Below are positions 14,426 to 26,028 of a stretch of 64,000 nt of DNA, in pieces. A program made the translations under genes and the position numbers. The notes under the pieces were generated by a model, which was given only the letters and a program-made list of their open reading frames with translations, had not been told where the DNA came from and searched no databases. The stretch comes from Nageia nagi. Lineage: Eukaryota > Plantae > Pinophyta. Every line of letters starts with the position of its first letter. Positions within the stretch are counted from its first letter, which is position 1. Where the stretch lies: NCBI GenBank assembly GCA_050084985.1, contig JBITNC010000001.1, positions 2,914,001 to 2,978,000 on the forward strand, in the 5' to 3' direction.

Positions 14426-15007
14426 TGGAAGCCAATTTGAGCAACACACGCGGGGGGAGAGAGTACTAGGCAACGTGTGGGGAAAATGTTTGTAAATAAC
14501 TTGCCGTCTAAGACTCTAAAATAAACAATAAACACCTTTTTTTGAAATTCTAAAACTAAGAATCATTGCATTTGTTTAAAACTCTGAAACTAAGAATCAC
14601 TAAAAGCACACAAACGTGGGTGCGCAATGTCAAGAACACAAGAGCAGCTCTTAAGCACATGGTGCAAGGATGTCAATGCTGAGCAATGCATGGAGGTGGA
14701 GCTTTGGGAGAAGAATAGAATGGCTATTATCCTAAACAATGCTCTAATACCATAAATTGTGTTCCTAGTGGTTTTGGTGGTTCTCTTTGTATTTCTTGAA
14801 TAATGGCTTCAACAAATCAACTACACCATAACTAGAGTGATTTGAATTAGGGTGGGTCCCTTGATGATACGTAACCCTCCCAAAAAAATCATACTTAACA
14901 AGGCTTACCTAAGGCAAATCAGTTGTTGTAAAGGGGATGGATTGATACAGTTTGCGCTCCTTAGAGATGTGAGATGACATTGAATTCTTTGAAGGCTCAA
15001 GTCCCAC

Positions 15008-15167
15008 CACTCAGTGGACTCTAAATGGAACTGCAAGATGAATAATGGTTTGATTACATGGAGTTCCAAGAAGCACAAATTGGAAGCACTCAGTGGACTC
15101 TAAATGGAACAGCGAGATGAATAATGGTTTGATTACATGGAGTTCCAAGAAGCACAAATTGGAAGCA
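15008..15167. repeat. Tandem duplication, 2 x 79 bp
   Basis: CACTCAGTGGACTCTAAATGGAAC...AATTGGAAG repeated at 15008 and 15087; nearly identical. Confidence 0.95.
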
Positions 15168-16699
15168 TTTTAAATAAACGAACAGAGGTATGTTGCAGTC
15201 ACATTGACAAGCAACTTGGGTGAGGATAATGCTTGAATACTTCGGATCAAAAAAAAGAAGAGAAAGTTCCAAAAATACTTTGTGGCTACAAGAGCACCAT
15301 TTAAATGGCAAAGAATCCAATTTTTCATGCAAGATTAAAAGACATAGAGTTGAGGTATCTGTACATTCAAGGCTTAGTGCAAAAACATGAGGTTAGGTTG
15401 CAAGGAATCAATGTTCGAACATCTTCACCGTAGAAATTGCAAAGAATCAGTTCTTGTATCTCACAGAAAAGTTACAAATCTCCCACTCAATATCAAAAAG
15501 GAGAATGTTACCGATTTGATGCTGACTGATCAACGGACAGATATATGATATTTCCAATCCTTGAAATGAAACCACCGTTTCCAAAAATGGAAATACTGCC
15601 TATCAATCAAATCACTGTTTGCAATAGGAACTGGTGCTAGCATAAATGGGAACCATCATCTACCGTTCTGCAAGAGGTAAATAAAAAGATAATTTGCAAA
15701 ATTGAAGAATACAAAAAAGCCCAAGAGATGAATAATCCGTCATGTCCTTTGCTTGTCAATAAATAAAGCCTCTTATATGTAATATAAGGCATTGAAGAAA
15801 TAAATCATACATTTGAGGGTTTCATATCGATTGTTTATTTGTGCTTTTGGTGTATGGATAAAAATTCAAAAATCTTGTTAATTACATGCTTCTATGTTAT
15901 GGTGATCTCTGATCTGATCCCCACAAATCTCATATCATTACAAAGCATACAATGGTTTAGAACAGCTGTAAACGGATGTGGAGCACATGAATATATTTTT
16001 CAAAAGATGATAGATGCACTATCATAGATTAATGCTCCAGCATGACATGCAATTCAACTACAGGGGGGAAGCCAGTAAGGTATGATATGCTGAGTGCATC
16101 AAACATGCAAATATTGATTGCTGTTTGAACCCCAAGGCTATGAAACTCTTACCACATTTCAAAATTGTAAGTCGTGCAAATAAACTAAAATGGTTTCATA
16201 TAACTTTATCCAGTCAAATAAGCATGTAATCAAAATAATTCTCCATACAAAAAATCATGTAGAGTTTAAATCCCTGCAAAAAACAAGACTTGTAACTCTC
16301 AAGGTATCCATGGTAGGGATCCTGTCAAATCCAAAAGATCGAAAAATATGTAGAACAGATTCAAAGACACGCAGACAGACATATAGTGCCAATAGTAAAG
16401 GTTGGTATTTCCTTCCTTATGACATGGTGAACAAATATGGAAGTATAATCACAATGCTTAAGTTCACCATTCTAGACTGTGTATTATTCATCTCAAAAAT
16501 CACTCAAAAGACATCAATGTTAGTTATCCTCTGAATTCTAAAAAATCAAAAAATGTAGTAAAGAGTCACATGCACAAAGGTAGACATATATAGTGTCGAT
16601 AGTAAAGGTTGGTGTTTCCTTCCCAAGCATAAAATGGACAAACATAGAAATATACTCACAATTACTAAGCTCGCCGTTCTTGAATCTACATTGTTCATC

Positions 16700-16803
16700 T
16701 TAAAAATCACTATAGTTGCGCCAAACTGCACGAAACTCCTCACGGAAGGTATTGAGTCGTGCTTTAAGGTTTGGTGTACGGAAGCTTGCATGGAGTAGAG
16801 TGG
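16700..16803 (-). CDS. PRA1.A: PRA1.A coding exon 7
   Basis: ttgacag acceptor; [33 protein letters not shown]; stop TAA at 16702-16700. Confidence 0.95.
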
Positions 16804-19800
16804 CTGTCAAAGAATGTTCCATCATCTAAGTAAACATAAAAAGCAAAGTATAATAAACCAAATTTTTCCAATTAACAGAAAAAAGGTTTCATATGCTTAC
16901 ACAGCAGGCCTATTAGTAAAGCCCAAAGAACTGTTAGGATACCACAAGACACGAACCACAATAAAGCACTGGCTGCATACAATTTTAACAGTAACTCCAA
17001 GATCAGGAACTTGCTTATAACCATAACTATAAGCCATAAAAACTGAACTTTGTAAGCTTTCAAAAATTTATTTGCAAAAAAAACGCATATTGAGAAAAGG
17101 CAAGCACCCATTTGTACCTGATGAAAACAACGACACAAACATCCAACGGGGTCTACCACAGATATGAATCATCCTTGTCCTCCTAACTTGGCGTCCTCGG
17201 ATTACAGGTCTGCAAGTGAGTTCAATAAGAACATGAGAAAGTGTTCATGTGAACTCCCAAGCTTTATTCAAAGACAAATATTAAAAAGCTTACGCGACTG
17301 GTGGCCTCATCTTTGCAGCTAGATGCGGGGAAAACTGCCGCACAGTTCTCGTCACCTTTTCATTAAAAGTAATTGCAAAGCTGCATGTTGTAAACATGAG
17401 ACTGGTCAAAACAACAATCTATCCAATAAAGTTTTAATATTTGTACAGTGGAATAAAAAGACAAATAAAGTTCTCTTGTGCTGCAAAACGAAATATATAT
17501 AACCAAGAGATGCCATTGATGACAGAAACTCATAAAACACAAAAAGATAGCACACTACACACAAATATAGGACTTGACCATTGGATTGTCTGTAATGGGT
17601 GTCAAAATTCAATAAAAATATATTCCTAAAACAACAATCATTAGAATAATTCAGATTGTTTGCAATGTAAATAAATTATAACTGACAAACTTTGAAAGGA
17701 GGTATCACATATTTTGCACATAAAATTAGTTAAGTTGGTGCACGAAATGCCATGTGAGTTTTTACAGAGGCAAATGTGCAATCTGGGAATCCATGGAAAA
17801 CTATCAAAACCTCACATTTCTTATTAAGCTGATAATTTAGATCCAGTAATTAGTACTTATCCTCTAATAATGTACAGAACTTTTCCTTCAAAGATATAAA
17901 GAATAAGTTTGCTCTGGTTTGCGCTAATTGATTGAAATTATAGCATGTTCTCTGTGAAAGTAAGTTTCTTGGAAAAGGGTTTGTTTCAATAATCATCAGA
18001 AAGGGATTTATGTGTAGCCACTTGATCCAGGATTAAAGGATAATGTATTTATGTCTAACACGAGGATATTTAACATGGTCAAAAATCTAAGAGGCAACAG
18101 CATGGTTGATTTTCTGGAAAGGGGATACGGTATTAGACTGGCATTTGGAGAATTTCATTCTAGGATGCAAAATGATATTGCAAAGAACTTGCAAAGAGGA
18201 GGAACATTTCTGCCTGGAAAGCAAAGGTTATACCTATACTGTCAAATAAATATGGAATGGCATAGATAGATATGAGATTGAGACAAAGCTAGACTCAAAC
18301 ATGGTGATTTAGAATTTTAGAAAATAAAGATCACACTACAATCATTTTATCAATGACAAAGGATGTGATCCCATATGTATGAAAGTTAAAAATGAAACAA
18401 GAAAACAAATGCATGCTGACATGTATAATTTGGGATTAAATATGAAAACACAAAACAACCACAGATAATCCTAACATGAAATGCAAAACACACAGATTTA
18501 GTTGCCATGAATCATAGTTATAAAGTTTCATATAACTTTACAAAGGTTTAGTTCAAACCAGTGTTTAGAAAAACACAGCAAAAAAACAATAAAATTCAGG
18601 GAAAAAAATTAAAAATGGTAAATTAAAAAAAATTTTAAAAAATGCATTTTTTTCAATATTTTTCTATAGAATATGCTTATATAATTTCCATAAAACATTC
18701 CGATATGGGTCATATCATCCAACAAAACATTAAGACAAATTTAAAGAAAATGGTAATAAATCATAATTCATATTCATATATCATAACATTGAGAAAAAAA
18801 AGCATTTTTTCACTTTAAGTCATCTAAGTTTTTTTGGAAAAAAAAGCATTTTTTTAAATAAAAAAACATTTAAACAGTTGCAAAAAAGGGAAAAAATAGG
18901 AAAAACAAACGTGTTTTTTTAAAAATGGTTGTTATACAGCATTTTTATAAATGGAGGTTCAAACTGAACATTATAAGCTGACCAAACATTTTCCATTCGA
19001 TCCAGCATTTTTTCTTATCAGTTTTGTTGTCAATAGAGAAAAAAATCCAATTATTTTCTACCTGGCTAAAGAAATAAAATAGAAAGGACATGAATATTTA
19101 AAACCCGAATTAAATTTTCATACCTTCAAAAGATTCAGTATGCTTGATATTTTAAATGACTTTTTGAAATCACAATCAATCTTATACTCAAATTTAATAA
19201 AATATTATATTAAATGTGAATTAGAATGGCTTAAGTAAAATAAAAATGATTATTTTAATGTTATGGTTTATTTATATTTTGTAATTTTCCTATGAAGTCT
19301 CTATCTCACTCTCTATTTATGTATCCTATGATATTCTCTCTTACTCTACGTATATTTTATAGGATATATTCTCTATAGAATATATCGTCAAAAAAAAGTT
19401 TCGTATAAAAAACATTGCTTTATAGCTATTTTCCACTTAAACGATGTTTTTTCCACCTCCCAGATATTTTCACAAAAAAAATGTCATACTCGCCATTTTT
19501 ATGGCTTTTTTTCTAGGTGTTTTATCGGCGTTATATCATCAAAAAAAAGGGCAAAAAGGCCCAAAAAACCAGAATCATTTAAGTCCAGTAAACACTGGTG
19601 ATAAAACGCCATGACACAGCAGCAGCATGGTTAAAGGGCAGAACTGAGTTTGTTTTTTTTAATTTCTTTTTGCAGGTTGGAAGAAGAGAGAGTAAAGCTA
19701 AGGGGAGCATTGTTGCAGGTACATTTCATGAATTTGAGGCTGCATTTGTCCACCGTAATCGTTTTTTCCACCGTGGAAGAAGATTCCTAAGGCTGCATTC

Positions 19801-22800
19801 TATATTTCTCCTCATTTTCTTGCATTCTACTGTCTAGAAATCAAGATGCCTAAGAAGTTGGATCCCTTTTGGTGATATGTAGCACAATTGGATGGTCCTT
19901 TGGGCACTTCAGGGAAGCTACAATGTAAACTTTGCCAAAAGGTTATGTTTAGAGGGATTTGCCCAGATGGAAAAGCAAGTCTTGCCATAGAGGCAACTAG
20001 AGTCCTAGAAGCTATAGCAAAGAAAAGAAATACGAGGGCTGCAATTCAAAATGGAGTTGGGGATAAGTGCTTAAAGATTTCCCAATTATGTGAGTTCTAG
20101 TGGTAGAAGTGCAAGTCAAGCTTCTAGTGCTTCTTCTCAATCTACTAGAATATCTTCCTACTTTGGGCCACGTACAACTCTTGGAGCCCAACCATCTATT
20201 ACCAATATGTTGAACAAGAATGAGAAAAAACAGACAAAATTGTTAGTGCCCAAGTTGGTATATTATGAAGGATTACCAATCACCATTGCCAGGAGCCCTT
20301 TTTGGCAACCAATGTTCAATGCAGTTTGTTCAATCGACATTGGATACAAGGCGCCCACTTATGCAAAATTGTAGGGACCTCTTATGCAAGAGTGCTTGGA
20401 TAGTGTTGGGTGTTTTTCTTTCCACTTACGACGACCACCTAGGCGATAACTAGGAAAGGATATCCAACATGTGAGTGAGGTTGCGTTACTAACCCCCGCT
20501 TGAAAGGACTAGATACCCCAAGGTTTCTAGCATTATGAGACTTCTTGTGTGACTATGATAGTAGCTATACTTGGAATACTTGGTGGAAGGATAGAGGTAG
20601 CACCGGTTAAGCATGTTTGTTGTGGGCACTGGAGTTATATTACACCTATTCAAAGTATAGACTTTTTATGGTAAAAAAAAAAAAGGAAAATAACAAAGTA
20701 AAGGAAAAAGGAAATGCAAAGTGGGGATGATGGCATACGAGGTGAGTTCATTCAAAGACAAGTTCACCAATGGTGTAGTGCCTAGATCACTCTCTTCCTA
20801 GGTTAATTATAAAAGTTTGCCCACTTATCCAATTCTACCACAAATGACCAAGTCCAAATTGCAAGTAGAAGGATCCTATAGCAATGTTGTCAATGACAAT
20901 AACATGGGAAACATCTCAAGCCAAACGACATAGAAAGAATTTCACTAGCATACATCCATTTACATGTGAAAGAGTGAAAAATGTCTATCGAATGGCAATC
21001 ATCCAACTTCATAAGATATTCAACCATCTTTCTAACAAGCCTACACTTGCGAGAATTGTACAAAAGTCACATAATAACCATAAGAAAACACTAAGTACAA
21101 TAAGAAAACACCAAGTACAAAGACAAGTCCACAATCCCATAAAATGAAACAAGTCCTGATTTGATTGATTCCTACACAACATTAGCTTACAAGAGTCATA
21201 AGGTTCTAGAACAAAATTACAATAGTTTCCCCTCTTGGAAAAATGATCATCCCCCCTTCACAAATGAGCCCTCAAGGGTTGTAAATAGTTTTTGGTGGCA
21301 ACCCTAAGTGTTGCCCTAACCCTAATTGAAATTCAAATGAAATTACATGAAATAAAACCTAATTACTAATGGTCCAATGAAACAATGCCAAGTGTCATTA
21401 CAGGATCAAGTCAACACTTGTGGGATCAAATCCTCATTCGTCACAAGGTTGAATCAAAATGAATAGTGTTTTAAGGTCCGAACTGAAATTAAATTAAATT
21501 AAATTAAATAAAAATGCAAATTGTTGCATCTCCAACACAATACCTCCACCCAACTGGTACTCATGGATTCATACATCTCCTTCACCTCTATAACACTTGT
21601 CTTGAACACTTCATCTTCTAGCACTTGTGAGAGTAATCTTGTAACCTGTATGCATCACTGGGACACTTTGTCTTCAAAATCTAGCCATCTGGAGCAGGGC
21701 ACATGCCTCAAAGAGTCAAAAACTTGTTTTTTGAAATGGTGCGCCTGAACTAGGAGAGTCTTCACCTTGAGCGCATGTTTGAGGAAGTCATCTTTTTGTC
21801 CTTTTTGCTCATGCGTTGGTCTCCTTGTGTGGTTCTTGTTTGATCTTGATGCTTTTGGGGCCAGGACTTAGCCAAATTTCCACTTTGAATTGTTCCTAGA
21901 GCTTTCTTGCCTCGAGTGCATGCTCGAGAAAGTCATATTTATGACTTATTTTGTCATGTGCTTGCTTCTAGTGTGACCTCGGGCTGATTTCGATACTCGT
22001 TTACTCATGCCTTAGTCGAATGTTCATATTCAAGTCACCAGAAAGGTTCCTCAAGCCATACAAATGCTTTGAAAAGTCAAGATTATGATTTTTTTCCATG
22101 CACTAGGCCTATAGGTGTCCTTGATCTAGGCGCATGCTTTAGAAAGTCATAATTATGACTTTTGAAATCATGTGCTCAGCCCTTTGTGTCTTTCTCATGC
22201 CATCTCAAGTTCATTTGGATACTTTGGAGACAACACTTAGCCAAATTTTCAATTCAAAGTTATCTAGAACCTCATCCAAACCAAGCACATGCTCCTAAAA
22301 GTCACCTTTTCACCTTCACATTCAACCAGGAGCCTTTCCAAGCCAAGCGCATGCTTTCAATAGTCATGATTATGACTTTTTTGTCATGCGCTCTCCTCTT
22401 TGAGTCTTTCTGAGCTGGTTTGGGTGCCTTCGGGATCACACCTTAGTCACATCTTCACCCTCAAGCCAAGCGCATGCTTTGGAAAGTCATGAAGTTGTCT
22501 TTTTTTTCATCCATGCATTGGGCTTCTTGTGTGTCTCTAAGCCCTTCTTAATGCTCCTAAGTCTTTGCCTTAGCCAAATTTTCATCTTAAAATCACTTGG
22601 AACCTCATCTAAACCCAATACATGCTCCAAGAAATCATCTTGTCTCTTTCTGTCATGCGCTTGTTCCTCATGTCTCCCTGTTTTAGGCGCAAACTTCTAA
22701 AATTCATAATTATGACTTTTGAAATCATGCGCTCAACCCTTTAACCCTTTATTTGACTGGAGATTCCTTCCAGAGGCTGTAACTTTGCATTTTGGCCATC

Positions 22801-25800
22801 TTCATTCTATCCTAAGGCTCCTCTGTGCTAGCCTCCTTGTCTATCTTCAAGCCAAATTTGACATCTCTTGAGGCCAACACTTAGTCATTTTCCGTCTTTG
22901 CCCAATCTTGGGTATTTCTACTTGGAGCACCTATGAAAGAGTCATACACTTAGCCAAACATTGTCTTAGTCAAATCTTGACATCTTTACTCTTGAGCTTG
23001 TTGTGACTAGAACTGGACAAGATATACAACATTAGGTCACTATGGGGTAACGAGTGATTGCAACAAAACGGATGAGACTTTGGCTTCTAGTGGTCATGAC
23101 TTTTTAGCCAAAAGTGTTGGGTCCTCAAAATTGCAAATTTTGGGGCGTGTTGTGTTTGAGCATAACACATAGGTATATTAAATTTTAATTATTATACTTT
23201 TTAAATATTTTGTTACTAGTAGTTTTTAATTATAAAATTACATTTTTGTAGAGTTGCATTTTTTTTTTTAAGATTGTTTGAAATCCGAGTCTTGGAAGGT
23301 AACAAGTTGCATCATAATGTCTAATGGGTGGAATAAACGTTAAACCCTTGATTAATTTCTTGGTGTATTGCCCACAAGGCACAATATTCATCAAATCTAT
23401 TAGTGCATTTGAACAAAGGATGCAACTATGTTATGTGACCTATTAGACCAATTTGTGTAGGAGGAGGGGATGGAGCATGTTGTCCAGGTGGTCACTGACA
23501 ATGTTGCTAACTATGTTAGAGCTGAAAAGATACTCATGGAGAGGTATCCCACCATATTTTGGATTCCATGCGCTTGCCATTACATTGATCTTATTTTGGA
23601 GGACAAACAAATTGGATTAGATGAGAGAGGTGGTTGACCACGCAAGGTCAATCACCAAGTTCATTTATAATAAAGTCACAATTCTTAGAATGATACAGGG
23701 AGTTGTTGCACCCAAGAGTCACATGGTTTGCCTCCAACTTCATCTCCCTTCAATCAATTCAGAGGTGCATGCCTAATCTTCAAGAAGTGCTTATTTCTAG
23801 AAAGTGGAATGCTTCCCCCATGAGCATGAGGCCAAAGGGCCAAGCGATGGCTACTTTGATAGCCAAGCAAGACTTTTGGATGGTAGTCAAAGAGATTTGT
23901 TTCGTGACAACATCACTTCTTGTTGTCCCCTACTTAATTGATTGGGATAGGCTTACTATGGACTACTTGTATGAGGCCATGAATAAGGCCAAGGAGGACA
24001 TCAAGGTTTGGTACAAGGAGCACCCTAAGGATGATAATGAGTTTGGTGACAAGCAAACCATCTTTTGTAACATCATTGATCAACGATGGAACAATATTCT
24101 CCATCATCCTATTCATGCAGCAAGGGATTTCTTGAACCCTAGCTTATTATTTGCTCCAAGCTCCTCATACATGACTAATTTTGAGATTTCAAAAAGGATA
24201 ACAACATGCATATGCAGTATGGTGAGTGATTCCACCGTATGTATTAAAACCTCAAAGACCTTGAGAAGTACATGAAATCACTTGGTTCCTTTGGTTAAGA
24301 TGTTATAGAGTCACGTTTTTTGCTCTCTTGGTGAGGAAACTTCAAAGTTCAAAACTTCAAACTAAATATTATATATTTTAAATTGTTCATTTTGTTGTTT
24401 TTTATAGTTTATAATTGTATACATTTAGGCTTTTACCAATTTTAATTTTTCTGATTTGATTTGTATTTTAGATTTGCGGTGGACGAATTTTAGAAGTGAT
24501 AAACCCAATTTGCAAAGATTAGTCGTCTACATCCTCAGTCAAACATGTAGGACTTCAATTGCACTCATTGTCTACATCCTCAATCAAACATGTAAGGCTT
24601 CAAGATGCAAGCGCAATTGAAGTGTCTTTGAAAAAATTCACTCCAAGAAGTGCAACACGCTAGCAATTTGATTCTTTTCAGAGACACTTCTTAGTTCTTG
24701 AAAGTTGCAATTACATTTCAAATTTAAATTTGTAATTGATATGGCAAAATCTGTTTTATGTTATTAGGTTGTCGACACAATACTTAAAAATGATATTGTG
24801 TACATCTACATCAACCTGCAATTGAGTGTGAAGCAATTGCACAAGAAGGATGGTGAGGAATCCAAAAATTTGTCTTCCATCAATCCCAAATTTAGTGATT
24901 CACCTCCATGTGGCATAATAGCAGACGACATTGTAGACGAAGAGTTTTGGATTGCATGGCTTGTGTTGGAGCTAGAGATGGATACAAGCGTGGAGGAGGA
25001 GAAGGAGGATGCATCCCACTTGGAGTTCAACTAGGAGGATCCATTGCATCTTGTTGATTTTGGTGTTGGACTTGGTGCAAAGGATGATTCTTTGCTCTAC
25101 CAGTACTAGAGGCAAAGGAAATGCCAAACAAGATTGCCCCCTCCTAGCAGAGCACCCTTTCCCAATCCTACGCCTACTAGTAGAGCATGTGGCAATGGTC
25201 TTGATGGCTAATTGATTAATAAAAGGGCCAAACCATGCATCCTGTTGACTTTGGTGTTGGACTTGGTGCAAAGGATGATTCTCTGCTCTACCAGTACTAC
25301 AAGCAAAGGAAATGCCAAACAAGATTGCCCCCTCCTAGCAAACCACCCTTTCCCAGTCCTACACCTACTAGTAGAGCATGTGGCAATGGTCTTGATGGTT
25401 AATTGAATAATAAAAGGGCCAAAGGCCCTAGTCATTTATGCCTTGAGTCCTTGACATTGTATTTTTTGTACTTGTTGCCATGTTGGCACTTGGCAATATG
25501 AGATTTATAAGTAGACATTTGACATACATTTTGTAGATGACTTTTTAATATTTCATTTCATATGTTTTAGTATATCGAGGTTATAACTTATAGATATCAA
25601 AAAATGAATTATGTTCTACTATTATTTTCTTTAAATTTATGTCATGAATGTGTTGTTAGATGATATAGCCCATACGGGAATGTTTGATGGCAATTAGATA
25701 AGCAGATTGCCATATTCTATGGAAAAATATAAAAAAATTGTGTGTTTTTTTGATGTATATGTTTTTCCCCCTTTTTGTCAATTTTCTCCCTTTTTCCATT

Positions 25801-25938
25801 TATTCACATTTTTCTGGTTTAAATGTACTACATTGTTTTCCCATTTTTCCCAATTTTTTGCCCTTTTTTAAAATTTGACCCGAAGCCATTTATTTCTGGT
25901 ACCCATTTTTCATTTCATATACATATACATACATATAT

Positions 25939-26028
<90 letters not shown>

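Larger units (their letters stand above)
3262..14753 (-). mobile_element. Probable decayed non-coding LTR-element remnant that hosts the copia nest (3262-4509 plus 14426-14753)
   Basis: Reverse PBS-like GCTCTAATACCA at ~14742-14753. The flanks at 4505-4509 and 14426-14430 rejoin across the copia insertion. No matching LTR pair found. Confidence 0.3.

Noticed and set aside
15527-15643. Short ORF MLAPVPIANSDLIDRQYFHFWKRW... downstream of PRA1.A as a second cistron
   Set aside because: 37 codons, no recognizable homology; expected by chance.
16546-17159. Track ORFs of 81 and 95 aa as independent genes
   Set aside because: They are off-frame or intron read-through overlaps of PRA1.A exons 5-7.
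21690-22745. CRISPR-like array
   Set aside because: Eukaryotic context, degenerate repeats, irregular spacing and no cas genes.
19846-25034. Domesticated hAT (SLEEPER-like) gene
   Set aside because: Multiple stops, frameshifts and a 2.8-kb insertion.
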